Notes: a model not told the origin generated them from the letters alone. A stretch of DNA of 64,000 nucleotides from an uncultured Gemmatimonadales bacterium (GCA_963844035.1 CAWJMT010000035.1:192001-256000), one strand, 5' to 3'; shown: positions 21,064-32,178, counted from the stretch's first letter. A program made the numbers and translations.

Positions 21064-21506
21064 CTATTCCTTTACCACGGTGACCAGAATCTCCGGGCGC
21101 ACCTCGGGGTGGATCTTGATGCCCACCCGAAACTCGCCCAGCTCGCGGATCGGCTCAGGGAGGTCCACTTTGCGCTTGTCCACGTGGAAGCCCTGCTCCT
21201 CCAGCTGGCGCTGGATGTCGCTCGCGGTCACGGAGCCGTACAACTTCTCTTCCTCGCCGACCTTCGCGGTGAAGGTCAGCCGGACGTCAACGAGCCGTGC
21301 CGCTTCGACTTCAGCGGCCGCTTTTTCGCCGGCGCGCTGCTTGGCGATGCGGTGGCCTCGAAGGTGATGCGCTTCTTGTTCGCTTCCGTGGCCGAATACG
21401 CCAGTCCCTTCGGCAGCAAGTAATTGCGGGCGTAGCCATCCTTGACCTTGACCACCTCGCCGGCCTTGCCGAGGTGTTGCACGTCTTCTCGGAGAATGAG
21501 TTCCAT
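21064..21506 (-). CDS. rplI: 50S ribosomal protein L9 (indel near 21350)
   Basis: [32 protein letters not shown] in one frame, KLYGSVT...PIRELGEF...IHPEV in another. Confidence 0.95.
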
Positions 21507-21515
21507 CGCGATCCT

Positions 21516-22448
21516 CTATGAGGCGTTCGGCCGGCGTGCGAGCCGGCGTCGGAATTGGAGCCACGTATCGGTCATCCCCAGGGTCGCGAGCCCTGGAACG
21601 ACAAACAGGAGGGGCACCGTCAGAACCGCGGCGACAACCATGCCGACCGCGAGCGACGTCGGAGTCACACCCAGTATCACGGCGAATGCGACCACGATGG
21701 CCGCGCCGCGCAGCAGGTACAGGACGCCAACCACCAGCAGGAGATTGAGCGCCGCGGCCTTGAGCCCCGCGAGCAGGGGAGTAATCATGACGGTGACCCC
21801 ACCCACCACTGTCCACACCCAACCGTCTGCGAACCGGAATTCCCGGAACGGCGCGAGGGGCAGGCCGAGCGGGCTCGCGGAAAGGCGTTGATGCCATTGC
21901 CAGGCCAGGCCCAGGCCGGCCAGGGCATTGAGCACGAGCAACGCCGGGACTGTTTCACCGAGGAAGTGCACTACCGGATCGAAGACCGCAGCGGCCTCGG
22001 GCCGCAGCGCAATCAGCATGCGGAGGGTTTCGCCCGCCTGCCGCGTGGCCGCCCACTGGAGGATGTCTCCCGCGTCGGCGCCGAGAATCCCCCGCGCGAG
22101 CAGGAGTGCCGCACCGAGCCCGATGACGCTGGCGCGTACGGCTTGCGGAAAGAACGCCGCGGGCGCGACCAGCGTGAGGACGACGAACGTGGCGACGACC
22201 AGCACGATGTACGCGTGCCCGGCGGCGCTCACGAGGTCGCCCCGGGCCGACTGGAGAACCAGCGCCACGCTCAGCATGCCGACGAGCAGCGCGGCGCCCC
22301 ATTGAGCCGCCCCGCGCGGACGCGCTGCGAGCATCAGCGCGGCGAGCGGGAGACCTACGAAGCTGGGCGGGGCCCAAACGACGAACGCCGCCGTCCCGAG
22401 CACGAGCCGCCAGTTGGTGCGGGAGTGCCGGTCCTGATCAGCCGCCAT
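21516..22448 (-). CDS. DUF2232/YybS-like membrane protein
   Basis: Multi-[22 protein letters not shown] ending; typical position between rpsR and rplI. Confidence 0.75.
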   Translation of the reverse strand: MAADQDRHSRTNWRLVLGTAAFVVWAPPSFVGLPLAALMLAARPRGAAQWGAALLVGMLSVALVLQSARGDLVSAAGHAYIVLVVATFVVLTLVAPAAFFPQAVRASVIGLGAALLLARGILGADAGDILQWAATRQAGETLRMLIALRPEAAAVFDPVVHFLGETVPALLVLNALAGLGLAWQWHQRLSASPLGLPLAPFREFRFADGWVWTVVGGVTVMITPLLAGLKAAALNLLLVVGVLYLLRGAAIVVAFAVILGVTPTSLAVGMVVAAVLTVPLLFVVPGLATLGMTDTWLQFRRRLARRPNAS

Positions 22449-22659
22449 GCCGCTTGATGTAGGGGAGCAGGGCCAGTTGGCGCGAGCGCTTGATCGCCGT
22501 CGCCAGCTGGCGTTGATGGCGCGCGCACATGCCGGACAGGCGGCTGGGGAGGATCTTGCCCCGCTCGGTAAGGAAGCGACCGAGGGTGCGGTCATCCTTG
22601 TAGTCCAGCACACGGGCACCGGACTCACACACGGGGCACGTCTTCGAAGGCCGTCTCAT
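22438..22659 (-). CDS. rpsR: 30S ribosomal protein S18 (Zn-type)
   Basis: CPVC...LDYKD...[19 protein letters not shown]...[13 protein letters not shown]. Confidence 0.97.
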   Translation of the reverse strand: MRRPSKTCPVCESGARVLDYKDDRTLGRFLTERGKILPSRLSGMCARHQRQLATAIKRSRQLALLPYIKRHGG

Positions 22660-23021
22660 GCGTCGTCTTCCTCCTCGATCTCCTCAAGTTCGGCGGCAAT
22701 CGGAGGCGCGGGAACCGGCTTCACGGGCTCGCCTTCGTTCACGACGACCATGAACCGCAGCACGCTCTCGTCCAGTTTGACCGCCCGCTCGAACTCGGGC
22801 AACACTTCGCCCTCGGCTTCGAACTGCGCCACGACGTAGTAGCCCGTCTCACGCTTCTTGACGGGGTACGCGAGCGTCCGCTTGCCCCAGTGTGCGATGT
22901 TCGTGACGGTGCCCTTTCCATCCTTGGTGATCAAGGTGTGGAAGCGCTCAAGTTTTTCGTTGATCGCCGGTTCTTCGAGGGCGCTGTCGATGATGTAGAC
23001 CGTCTCGTAGCGACGGGCCAT
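22656..23021 (-). CDS. rpsF: 30S ribosomal protein S6
   Basis: [30 protein letters not shown]; acidic tail. Confidence 0.97.
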   Translation of the reverse strand: MARRYETVYIIDSALEEPAINEKLERFHTLITKDGKGTVTNIAHWGKRTLAYPVKKRETGYYVVAQFEAEGEVLPEFERAVKLDESVLRFMVVVNEGEPVKPVPAPPIAAELEEIEEEDDA

Positions 23022-23075
23022 GCCACCTCCCTTTGGTCGTAGGCGACCCGGCGCTGTGCGGCACCGAGTAGGGAA
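23022..23075 (-). ncRNA. Probable S6:S18 ribosomal-protein leader (rpsF 5' UTR)
   Basis: mRNA UUCCCU-ACUCGGUGC-CGCACA-GCGCCGGGU-CGCCUACGACCAA-AGGGAGGUG: 5' UUCCCU pairs with the SD, with an inner 9-bp hairpin and unpaired CC, matching the known leader architecture. Confidence 0.6.
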
Positions 23076-23107
23076 TTCTGTGCGGGAAAGCTAAACCGCA
23101 AGGCCGC

Positions 23108-23650
23108 TTATGTCACGCCCTCACGAACCCACCGCTCCACGGCCTCGACCATCTGCGGGATCGCGGTCTCGATCTGCGTCACCTGTTCGGGGTCGAAGGG
23201 CGCCAGCACGTACTCCGACCAGTCCTCCACGCCGTCGGGGAGCGGCCCGACGCCGATGCGCAGGCGGGCGTACTGCTGTGACTGCAGCGCGCCCTCGATG
23301 CTCTTGAGGCCGTTGTGTCCGCCCGCGGAGCCGAAGGCCCGCAGGCGGAAGGTGCCGCTCGCAATGCGGAATTCGTCGACCAGCACCAGCAGATCGACGG
23401 CCGGGTTGAATGCGGGATCGGCGCGGAGCGTTACGAGGGCCGCCCCGCTGGCGTTCATGAACGTCGTGGGTTTGAGAACCTGGACGGGTACGCCCGCGAG
23501 ATCGCCGGCGGTGACCCGGGCTCGCTCGCCCCGTCGAAACGGCGGCAGGGCCCAATGGGCGACGAGCGCGTCGGCAAGCCAGAACCCCGCATTGTGCCGC
23601 GTCGCCGCGTACTCGGGACCAGGATTCCCGAGGCCGACCACGGCGCGCAA
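23108..23650 (-). CDS. pth: Peptidyl-tRNA hydrolase
   Basis: VGLGNPG..Y..TRHNAGF, KPTTFMNASG, GGHNGLKSI, RLRIGVG. Confidence 0.97.
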   Translation of the reverse strand: MRAVVGLGNPGPEYAATRHNAGFWLADALVAHWALPPFRRGERARVTAGDLAGVPVQVLKPTTFMNASGAALVTLRADPAFNPAVDLLVLVDEFRIASGTFRLRAFGSAGGHNGLKSIEGALQSQQYARLRIGVGPLPDGVEDWSEYVLAPFDPEQVTQIETAIPQMVEAVERWVREGVT

Positions 23651-23653
23651 CGC

Positions 23654-24421
23654 CTAGCTCTCTTTGCCGCCCTTGGGCTTGTCGGCGCCGCCCTTGGGCT
23701 TCTCCGCCTTCGGCTTGGCCTCGCCCTTGCCCTCGCCCTTGCCCTCGGCCTTGGCTTCGCCTTCGCCCTCGGCGCCCTCCTCGTCGTCCTCGCGAACCTT
23801 GCGGATCAGCTCGGGCTCGGCAACATCGGTGGTCGCCTCAGGAGTCGGGGCCGCGACCTCTTCGGCGCGCGGCGGGACGACGGTGGCGATCGTCAGATCG
23901 GCGTGCGTCAGGATCGTGGCGTTCGGGATCGCGAGCGCCTGCACGTGCACGGAGTCACCAATCTTGAGCAGGGTGACGTCGAGCTCGACGCGGTCGGGGA
24001 TGTGCTCCGGCAGCACTTCGATTTCCACCTCGCGGGTCACCTGATCCAGCACGCCTCCCGCATTCCGGACGCCGTCCGGCGTACCCACGAGGTGCACGGG
24101 CACCTTGAGGGTGACCTTCTGCTCCGCATGGATCTCGTAGAAGTCGACGTGGATGATGTCGGGACGGATCGGATGGCGCTGGATCTCGCGGATCAGCGTT
24201 TTCATTTTCTTGCCATCGAGTGCGAGCTCGATGATGGTGCTCTCGGGCTCGATGCCCGTCAGCGCCAGCTCGAGGGCCTTCGCCTCAACAACAAGGCTCT
24301 GTGCGGTCCGGCCCTGGCCGTAGATCACGGCCGGTACCTGCCCGCGGAAGCGACTCTGGCGGGCGGGACCCTTGCCGGTCGCGGTCCGGGGGCTCGCAGC
24401 GAGCGAAACGATCTGTGCCAT
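23654..24421 (-). CDS. rplY: 50S ribosomal protein L25/Ctc
   Basis: GKGPARQSR..GQVPAVIYG, QRHP...HVDF; charged low-complexity tail. Confidence 0.95.
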   Translation of the reverse strand: MAQIVSLAASPRTATGKGPARQSRFRGQVPAVIYGQGRTAQSLVVEAKALELALTGIEPESTIIELALDGKKMKTLIREIQRHPIRPDIIHVDFYEIHAEQKVTLKVPVHLVGTPDGVRNAGGVLDQVTREVEIEVLPEHIPDRVELDVTLLKIGDSVHVQALAIPNATILTHADLTIATVVPPRAEEVAAPTPEATTDVAEPELIRKVREDDEEGAEGEGEAKAEGKGEGKGEAKPKAEKPKGGADKPKGGKES

Positions 24422-24435
24422 ACGTGTGACCTCAA

Positions 24436-24469
24436 AGTGCGGAGTTCGGAATGCGGAATGGACCGCACT
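24436..24469. repeat. Heptamer tandem repeat with one inverted unit
   Basis: AGTGCGG AGTTCGG AATGCGG AATG...CCGCACT between prs and rplY. Confidence 0.6.
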
Positions 24470-24474
24470 CTACG

Positions 24475-25428
24475 TCAATCAAACAGCGAACTCACCGATT
24501 GGTTGCTGTGTTCGTATCCGATTGCTTTCCCGATCAGCCCGGCGATCGACAGCACCTTCAGCTTATCGAAGAGCCGCTCTTCGGGGATCCGGATGGTGTT
24601 CGTGACCGCGACCTCGTCGATCTTCGAGGCTTGCAGTCGCTCCACCGCCGGCCCAGACAGCAGGGCATGCGACGCGAACGCATAGATCTTCCTGGCGCCC
24701 AGGCGGGACAATGCTGCCGCGGCCTCCGCAATCGTCCCGCCGGTGTCGATCATGTCGTCGGGGATGAGGCAGTCCTTGTCGGCGACCTCGCCCACCACGT
24801 TGACCACTTCCGCGACGTTCGCCGTCGTGCGCCGCTTGTCGATGATCGCGAGCGATGCGTTCAGACGCTTGGCGAACCCGCGGGCCATCTTCGCCGACCC
24901 GACGTCGGGAGCCACGACGACCGGATCGTACAGCTCCTTTTGCCGGAAATGGCTGACGAACACCGGCGCCGCGTACAGATGGTCCACCGGGATATCGAAG
25001 AACCCCTGCATCTGGTGGGAGTGGAAATCCAGGCCCAGGACCCGGTCCGCTCCCGCCTGCGTGATCAGGTTCGCAATCAACTTCGCGCTGATCGCCACCC
25101 GCGGCTGATCCTTACGGTCCTGGCGTGCATAGCCGAAGTAGGGCAGCACCGCCGTGATCCGCGCCGCGCTCGCCCGGCGGGCGGCATCGATCAGGAGCAG
25201 CAGCTCCATCAGGTTCTCAGCCGGCGGATTGGTCGGCTGGATGATGAAGACGTCCCGTCCCCGCACGTTCTCGTCGATCTTGATGAAGATCTCACCATCG
25301 GCAAAGCGGCGGATCGTCACGGCGCACAGCGGCTGGCCCAAATGCTTGGCCAGCTCTTCGGCGAGCGGGCGGTTGGCCGTCCCGGAGAGGAGCAGAAGCT
25401 GGCTGCGAGACAGCGTAAGGTCGGCCAT
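24475..25428 (-). CDS. prs: Ribose-phosphate pyrophosphokinase
   Basis: FADGE, PYFGYARQDRK, DDMIDTGGT, SVSSLF. Confidence 0.98.
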   Translation of the reverse strand: MADLTLSRSQLLLLSGTANRPLAEELAKHLGQPLCAVTIRRFADGEIFIKIDENVRGRDVFIIQPTNPPAENLMELLLLIDAARRASAARITAVLPYFGYARQDRKDQPRVAISAKLIANLITQAGADRVLGLDFHSHQMQGFFDIPVDHLYAAPVFVSHFRQKELYDPVVVAPDVGSAKMARGFAKRLNASLAIIDKRRTTANVAEVVNVVGEVADKDCLIPDDMIDTGGTIAEAAAALSRLGARKIYAFASHALLSGPAVERLQASKIDEVAVTNTIRIPEERLFDKLKVLSIAGLIGKAIGYEHSNQSVSSLFD

Positions 25429-25475
25429 GCGAGCCTAGCAAAATAGACGGCAAACTGCGCGAAGCAAAGGGGTTG

Positions 25476-26388
25476 CTACGGGTGGGACTTGAGGGCGTCC
25501 TCGGCCGGCGTGAGCTGGTCCACCTGCCAGAAATCGAGACGGTAGACGGTGCCGCGCGCCTGGGTGCGGGCCCAGAAACCTGCTGCCGCCGAGTCGAGCT
25601 CGAGAGACAGGAGCGGGCGCGCGGCGGCGCCACGGACCGACACGCGGCGTTCGGGCTTCGCAAAGGTGAGTGAGTCCGCCTGCTGGTCGGTCGCGAACCC
25701 CGCCGCCGCGAGGGTGCTCAAGTAATGAAGGAGCCGCGCGACCGCCGCCGAGTCGGCTCGCGCGTCGCGCGGGAGTACCCAGCTCGCCCCCTCTTTCCGA
25801 AGTGTGGTGCGCGTGACGCCGCGCTGGATCTCAATGACGGCGACGCTTTCCGGGACGACCGTGCCGATTTGGCGATCACGCCAATCGTCCGCGGAGCGCC
25901 GCACGAGCGTGGGCAGCCGGCCTGGCCAGAGATAAACGCGGCTGTCGCCCACGAGCCGAACGTAGGTGGCTTCCGATCCGGGGCCATACTCACCGACGAA
26001 CAGCTGCACCAACGGCTTGCCACTCTTGCTGACCTGCAGTAGCCGGCTCGCGGGCGAGTCCACACCCATCCGGGCGAATGACGATGGACTCTGCGCCGCG
26101 AGCTTCGGGGCGAACCGAATCGCGCAGCGCCTGAAACAGGTCGCTGACGCTCGACGCGGACGCCGGATGGCGATTCACTGTCCAGGCGCCGGACGGTTGC
26201 TTCACGAGCAAGACGCTGTCGGCTCCCTCGGTAATGACGACGGTGTCCACGTCATCCGGGGCGCTCACCGGCAGCCGCAGCAATGCCGGCGTCGTGTCCG
26301 CCGGGCGCGACCAGCGCTCGCTCGCTCCCCAGAGGATCAGCAGCACGACGACGCTGATCGCGATCACGCGCAGGTGTTTGGCGGTCAT
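25476..26388 (-). CDS. DUF4340-like membrane-anchored ABC accessory protein (indel near 26100)
   Basis: N-terminal TM; GAWTVN..PA, TYVRL, DDWRDR motifs; follows the GldG-like gene with ATGA overlap. Confidence 0.7.
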
Positions 26389-28626
26389 GTCGGCTGGCGC
26401 GCGTGTGTAGGGCCTGTACGACCTGACGCGTCAGCAGACGCCGGCGCCACAGTCGCACCCCACCGAATCCCACGAGCAGGAGGGGGATGCCGATCAGGTT
26501 GCCGTACTTCACCGCGTCCCGTGCGGCATTGCTTGTGAATACGAGCGGCGGTGGCGTGCGGTCCTTGGACCGGATGGCGATCAGTGCTTCATCCTGCGCC
26601 AGCCAGTCCACGGCATTCTGCACGAACACGAGGCCCGATTCGCCCCCACGGAGGTAACGGTCACTGGCGAAATCGGAGCTCGCTACGACGATGAGGCGTC
26701 CGCGGACACCGGACTGAGCGCCCTGCGCCGTAGGGGCCACCTGCACCGCCAACAGGCGACGCGCGAGACTGTCGCGGCCGAATTGCTGCGTGGGGCTGAG
26801 GATCATCTCGTCCTTGCGCAGGCCGGCGGCGTCGCTGCTGGTCAACAGAGGTGTGAGGGTGCCGCGCGGCCCCAAGGTGGTATCGATGCTGCTCACCCAG
26901 GGGAGGAGCACTGCGTCGAGCTCGGCATTGATGGCCGAGGTGCGGGTACTGAGCGCGCGCACCCACGGCGGATAGGGCAACAGGACTTGCCCGAATTGCG
27001 TCGGCATCCCGACCTGCGCGTTCGACGCGAGGTCGTACACCATGTCCGAGCCTACCGAGAGTCCGTAGGCATGCAGCAGCTGATTCCAGGGGACGGCGCG
27101 CCCGCTCGCGACGGGGGCCTCGGCCGAGAGGGTCATGCCGTTCGCCATCAGCAGGACGCTCCCGCTGTCGAGGTACGACCGCAGCGGCGCGAGCTGCGCC
27201 TGCGGCACCGAGTCGGGAACGCCGATGACGATCAACGCTCTTCAGGTCGCGCAGCGCGCTCGAATCGGCCGCGAGCGTTATCGGCCGGACGTCGTAGTTC
27301 TGCCCAAGCTGTTCCTGCAGACCGTTGAAGGTGCGACCGCGCGCCGCCGCCGAGCGGTCGGTCGCGATCAACAGGCCCACCGCCGGCTTTTCCTTGCGCG
27401 TGAGTGACCGGATGTCGGAGGTCAGGCGGTACTCCAAGTCATTCGACTTCCGCACGAAGGGGATGGTCTTCACGCCTTCGGCGTACAGCGCCGCGATGCC
27501 GAGGTAGCCTTCCTTCACCTGCAGCTCACCGCGGCCGACGACGTTGAACTGGACGGGCGGGATCCCCAGGGACCGTGCCTCGCGGGCGGCGGCGGTATCC
27601 GCGACCGGGTCCAGCACGACGAGCCGTACCTTCCCCTTGCTCGCGGTGCGGTAGTCGCGGAGCAGGTCGTCCACGTCGCGCTTCAGGAAGGCCACCTCCG
27701 GCGGGAGGGCCGCCGAGGCAAACAGCTTGATCGTGACGAGGTCGTTCAGGCTGTTCAGGATCTGACGCGAGCCCGGCGACAACGTGTACGCGCGTCCCGG
27801 GGTCAGGTCGAGGCGGCCGCCGATGCGCCGTCCGAAGAGGTTGAGGATGACGAGCCCCACCGTCAGGAGCGCGACCCCGAGCTTGAGGCGCTGGATGGTC
27901 GTCGCCGCGGGCGGTGAGCTTGCGGCGCATCAGGGCGAAGTAGGCGAGCACGAGGAACGCGGCGGCGAGGCTGAGAAAATACACGGCGTCGCGGAGGTCG
28001 ATCACGCCGCGGGCGATGCCCTGGAAGTGCGAGAGGACCCCCAGCGCGGCCGCCGCGGCCCCGAGCCGCGGCGGCAGTCCGACCAGCAACGGGTCGAGTC
28101 CCACGAGGATCAGGGCAAACATGACGGCGACGGCGACGATGAAGGCGGTGATCTGGTTTCGGGTCACGCTCGACGCCCACAGGCCCACCCCGGTGAGTCC
28201 CACCATGAGCAGCGCCGCGCCCACGTACTGGGCGACGACCACGCCCCACTGCACGTGCGCGCCGAGCCGCAGCGCCAGCGGGATGGGGAGGGTCAAGCCG
28301 AGCGCTATGAGAAGGAAGAGGAGCTGGCCGAGGTACTTGCCCAGCAGCAAGTCCAGCTCCGTGATCGGTTGCGCCAGCACGATCTCGACCACGCCGCTGC
28401 GCGTGTCCTCGGCCAGCGCCCGCATCGTCACGGCGGGGACCAGGAAGAGCAGCATCCAGGGCAGGAGGTCGAGCATGGGGCGGAGCGATGCCACGCCGTA
28501 GATCTCGGCCTGACGGAAAAAGAGGAAGTCGTTCACCCCCACGAAGACGACCAGCAGAATGTAGGCCGTCGCCAGGTCGAACAACGCCCGCAGCTCCCGC
28601 CGCGCGATGGTCCAGATCGGGGTCAT
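26385..28626 (-). CDS. GldF-like ABC-2 permease fused to GldG-like auxiliary domain (several indels)
   Basis: IARRELRALF...TMRALAEDTRSG...VTRNQI...GVIDLRD, then RLDLT...YTLS, LEYRLT, FVQNAVDWL...LIAIRSK. No stop/start seen at the junction once indels are corrected. Confidence 0.75.
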
Positions 28627-29585
28627 TTGTGGTCGGGCTCCGTGAGCTGGCGGAACAGCTCCTCGAGGCTCCCCGTTTCCTGGTGCAGCTCGAACAGCGT
28701 CCAACCGCGTGTCTTGGCGAGCTCGAAAATACCGGGGCGCACCTCGGCGTCCTGCTCGGCGGTCACGCGAATCGCGACCCGTCCGTCTGCGGTGGGCCGC
28801 GCCGGCTCGACCGCCCGCACGCCGGCGAGCCGTGCGATGCTGGCGGCCACGTCGCTCCCCAGCACTTCGACGGCGATCTGGACGACGCCCTCGGCCTGCT
28901 GGATCAAGCGGTCCACCGGGCCGTCCGCCACGATGCGACCGCCGCTGATGATCAGCAGCCGGGAGCAGGACTGCTGGACTTCCGAGAGCACGTGCGTGGA
29001 GAGCAACACCGTGCGCTCCTTGCCCAGCTCGGCGATCAGACGACGCATCTCGACCCGCTGATTCGGATCGAGACCCTCCGTCGGCTCGTCCAGCACCAGC
29101 AGGTCGGGTCGATGCAGGATCGCCTGCGCGAGCCCAACCCGCTGCCGGTAACCCTTCGATAGCTCCCCGATCGGCCGGTAGAACACGCTCTCGATGGCGG
29201 TGGACGTCACCGCTTCGTCGAAGCAGCGCTCCCGCGTGGTCCCGTGGAGCTCGCGCAGATCGGCGATGAACGCGAGGTAGTCGGCGACGAGCATGTCGCC
29301 ATATAGGGGATTGTTCTCCGGCAGGTAACCGATGCGCCACTTCGCCGCGCGCCCCGACTCCGCGATCGACACGCCGTCGAGCCGGATGGTCCCGGCATCA
29401 GGCTCGATGTACTGCGTGATCATGCGCATCGTGGTGGACTTGCCGGCGCCGTTCGGTCCCAGAAAGCCCACAACTTCGCCGCGGTTGATCGCGAACGAGA
29501 CGTCGTTGACGGCGACGACGCCGGCAAATCGTTTGGAGACGCCTTGGAGCGTGAGGAACGACGGGACGAGCGGGGGTGCGGTCAT
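28623..29585 (-). CDS. ABC transporter ATP-binding protein (GldA-like)
   Basis: GPNGAGKST, LSKGYRQRVG, LDEPT, STH. Confidence 0.93.
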   Translation of the reverse strand: MTAPPLVPSFLTLQGVSKRFAGVVAVNDVSFAINRGEVVGFLGPNGAGKSTTMRMITQYIEPDAGTIRLDGVSIAESGRAAKWRIGYLPENNPLYGDMLVADYLAFIADLRELHGTTRERCFDEAVTSTAIESVFYRPIGELSKGYRQRVGLAQAILHRPDLLVLDEPTEGLDPNQRVEMRRLIAELGKERTVLLSTHVLSEVQQSCSRLLIISGGRIVADGPVDRLIQQAEGVVQIAVEVLGSDVAASIARLAGVRAVEPARPTADGRVAIRVTAEQDAEVRPGIFELAKTRGWTLFELHQETGSLEELFRQLTEPDHK

Positions 29586-29810
29586 GCGCTCTCAGGTAGT
29601 CGTCGGCGGAATATGCTAATCCCAGACGCGCGGATGATTCAACCCCCCTGCGGCGTTCGTCAAGTCCATTGCTGGCGCGCGTTCCATGCTGCTAGCATGG
29701 ATGCGCGGTGCGGTTGGAGGGCGGACCCGGGGAAACGCGGGGGAACCCGAGGCGTCGAGGATGCATTCCTAGATGGCGGAACCGCGCGAGCCGATATACC
29801 AGGAGGAACG

Positions 29811-30728
29811 ATGTCCATCAGACCAATCAAGCGAATCATCGAGTCGACACCCACCATGGAGGGCGCCGGCGTCAAGCTGCGCCGCGCCTTCGGATTCGGG
29901 AGTACGGAGGAGTTCGACCCGTTTCTCTTGTTCGACGACTTCCGCAACGAGACCCCCGCCGACTATCTGGCGGGCTTCCCCTGGCATCCGCATCGGGGAA
30001 TCGAAACCATCACGTACGTCCTGGCTGGCGCAGTGACTCACGGGGACAGTTTGGGGAATCGCGGCACGCTGGGCGCGGGCGACGTCCAGTGGATGACGGC
30101 CGGCAGCGGAATCCTCCACCAGGAGATGCCCAAGGGAGACCCGCAGGGGAGGATGCATGGGTTTCAGCTGTGGGCCAACCTTCCCTCATCGCAGAAGATG
30201 ACCGCTCCCCGCTATCAGGACGTGGTGGCCGGCGACGTCGCCGAGGTCACGGACGATGACGGCACCAGGGTACGCATCATCTGCGGGAATTTTTGGGGGA
30301 AGACCGGTCCGGTGCAGGGCATTGCCGCGGATCCACGGTATCTCGACGTGTCCGTCCCAGCCGGCCGACGCAAGGTGCTGCCGGTGGAAACCGATCGGCA
30401 CGCCTTTGCCTACGTGTTCGAAGGCAGCGGCACGTTCCGCGACGCGTCGGCGCCCACCGGGGTGCGGACGGAGCTCGTCGGGCCCAGCGGGGCCGCCGCT
30501 CCGGCATCGGCCGGGGAGACGGGGAACCGCTCGCTGGTGGTGTTCGATCGTGGGGACGAGGTGGTGGTGCAGGCCGGGGATGCAGGCGTCCGGTTCCTGC
30601 TCGTATCGGGCAAGCCGATTGACGAGCCGGTCGCGTGGTACGGGCCGATTGTCATGAACACGCAGGAGCAGTTGCGGCAGGCCTATGCCGAGCTGCGGGA
30701 TGGGACGTTCATCAAACAGCCGCGCTGA
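29811..30728 (+). CDS. Pirin family protein
   Basis: AGGAGG RBS; DPFLLFD, GFPWHPHRGIETIT, WMTAGSGILHQE, QLWANLP, GPIVMNT. Confidence 0.95.
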   Translation: MSIRPIKRIIESTPTMEGAGVKLRRAFGFGSTEEFDPFLLFDDFRNETPADYLAGFPWHPHRGIETITYVLAGAVTHGDSLGNRGTLGAGDVQWMTAGSGILHQEMPKGDPQGRMHGFQLWANLPSSQKMTAPRYQDVVAGDVAEVTDDDGTRVRIICGNFWGKTGPVQGIAADPRYLDVSVPAGRRKVLPVETDRHAFAYVFEGSGTFRDASAPTGVRTELVGPSGAAAPASAGETGNRSLVVFDRGDEVVVQAGDAGVRFLLVSGKPIDEPVAWYGPIVMNTQEQLRQAYAELRDGTFIKQPR

Positions 30729-30744
30729 GCCTGGCGACCGGGAG

Positions 30745-30815
30745 TTGGCCCCGAAGGATTCGAACCTTCATTCGCGGATCCAAAGTCCGCTGTCCTGCCA
30801 TTGGACGAGGGGCCA
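30745..30815 (-). tRNA. tRNA-Gln (UUG), CCA not encoded
   Basis: TGGCCCC/GGGGCCA acceptor stem, GTCC/GGAC D stem, GCGGA-CTTTGGA-TCCGC anticodon arm, GAAGG-TTCGAAT-CCTTC T arm. Confidence 0.97.
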
Positions 30816-30995
30816 ATGTGTGCGACAGCATCTTAACTTACGTGCTCCCCCGTTTCTACCGGGGCCTCGGCGCCAAACGCCCGTGTCCGCCTCGAACAAT
30901 CGGAACAGAGGGCTGGAATGAGTGTACTTATGTCCGGCGGATAGGCCGCTTCCAACCAGCCTGATCCGCGGGTAAATTCGTACCATCCTTCTACC

Positions 30996-31361
30996 ATGAT
31001 GAGGTTTGCCGTGCGGTTTCGCGTGAGCGCCATGGTGGCGCTGGTACTCGTGGCAAGTGTGGCGTGTGACGAGACGAGCACCGGCGGTGCTCCATCACCC
31101 ACGCGGGACGCCACCATCACAATGCCCGGGCTCAGTTACTCTCCCTCGGCGGTGACGATCCCCGTAGGCGGGAGAGTGCTGTGGGTCGGGTCGGGAATAA
31201 TCCACAATGTGAACTTCGGCGGTGTGCCCGATGCGCCTGGTGGCTGTTCCAACTGGAGCTTCGGAGACTGTCTCCTCCAGTTCAACGTCGCGGGCTCGTT
31301 CAATTATATCTGCACGATTCCTGGGCACGGCAGCATGTTCGGTACGGTGACCGTGAACTAA
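30996..31361 (+). CDS. Cupredoxin (plastocyanin/azurin-like) lipoprotein
   Basis: Lipobox SVAC; type-1 copper ligands HNV...YICTIPGHGSM. Confidence 0.85.
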   Translation: MMRFAVRFRVSAMVALVLVASVACDETSTGGAPSPTRDATITMPGLSYSPSAVTIPVGGRVLWVGSGIIHNVNFGGVPDAPGGCSNWSFGDCLLQFNVAGSFNYICTIPGHGSMFGTVTVN

Positions 31362-32161
31362 CGAACGGCGGGGGTGTCCCCGCCGTCGCTCATCATCGTC
31401 TCCCAGAAGGTCCGCTCCCGCTCTCTCTGACCTCCGTCTAGGTGAGTCCCCTCTAGACGGCGCGCGCTTTCCGCCCTTCGTGGAACTCCCGCCATCGTCC
31501 GATTGGCCTTCAGGATGTCGCGAAGGGCCGTCTCGAGTTGCGGCAGCGCCGCCCACGGGACGACGGCGAGCATCTGGTCGTCGGCGACTTCTGTGTAGGT
31601 TCGCATGCCGATGCAACCGAGGGACGCCGTCAGCCCGCCACGCGCGACGGCGGTCGGGATAGCAGCGCATGCGGGGCGGCCCAGCGTCGCGCCCGGCGCT
31701 GAACCGGTCCAGTTGCAGGCGCCGCCGGCTTCGGACACCAGCATTGCCTGTCGCGGGGTGAGCCACATGAGAACCGCGTCGGGCTCGACCGGAAAATCCC
31801 GCAACGGCCCATACACCACACCCGCGCTCTTGCGCGGGAGCGTCGGGATGCGTGGTGCCTCGTCGGCGCCCAGATATCCTTCCTCGACCATCACCCCCAC
31901 GAGTCCCATCAGCTCTTGCTTGACGTCGTCGGGCATTTCGAACCCCATGACCATCGTCCCGACCGGGCAGCGGAAGTGCTGTTCCGCCGTCGCGTAGAAG
32001 ACTGCCGACTCCGCGCGTCTCCAAAACGTGCAGGCGGAGGGGACGCTGCCTTCGAAGGTTCGGACTCCCGCAGGCGGGGCGTCTGCCAGCGCGAGCGCGA
32101 CCGGCGGCGATGCGAGCCCCAAGGTCGTGGTGAGCGTGGTTGCCATGTCCCGCACGTGCAT
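31358..32161 (-). CDS. DUF169 family protein
   Basis: LGLASPPVAL, SACTFW, CPVG, EPDAV, GRPAC, SLGCIGMR. The 3' end may be frameshifted. Confidence 0.75.
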   Translation of the reverse strand: MHVRDMATTLTTTLGLASPPVALALADAPPAGVRTFEGSVPSACTFWRRAESAVFYATAEQHFRCPVGTMVMGFEMPDDVKQELMGLVGVMVEEGYLGADEAPRIPTLPRKSAGVVYGPLRDFPVEPDAVLMWLTPRQAMLVSEAGGACNWTGSAPGATLGRPACAAIPTAVARGGLTASLGCIGMRTYTEVADDQMLAVVPWAALPQLETALRDILKANRTMAGVPRRAESARRLEGTHLDGGQRERERTFWETMMSDGGDTPAVR

Positions 32162-32178
32162 GTGTCGCGATCCTCCCG

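Noticed and set aside
21276..21506. rplI pseudogene
   Set aside because: Both halves are fully conserved, so a single indel artefact is more likely.
23680..23780. Short tandem repeats in the rplY 3' end
   Set aside because: They are codon-multiple repeats encoding the usual charged low-complexity Ctc tail.
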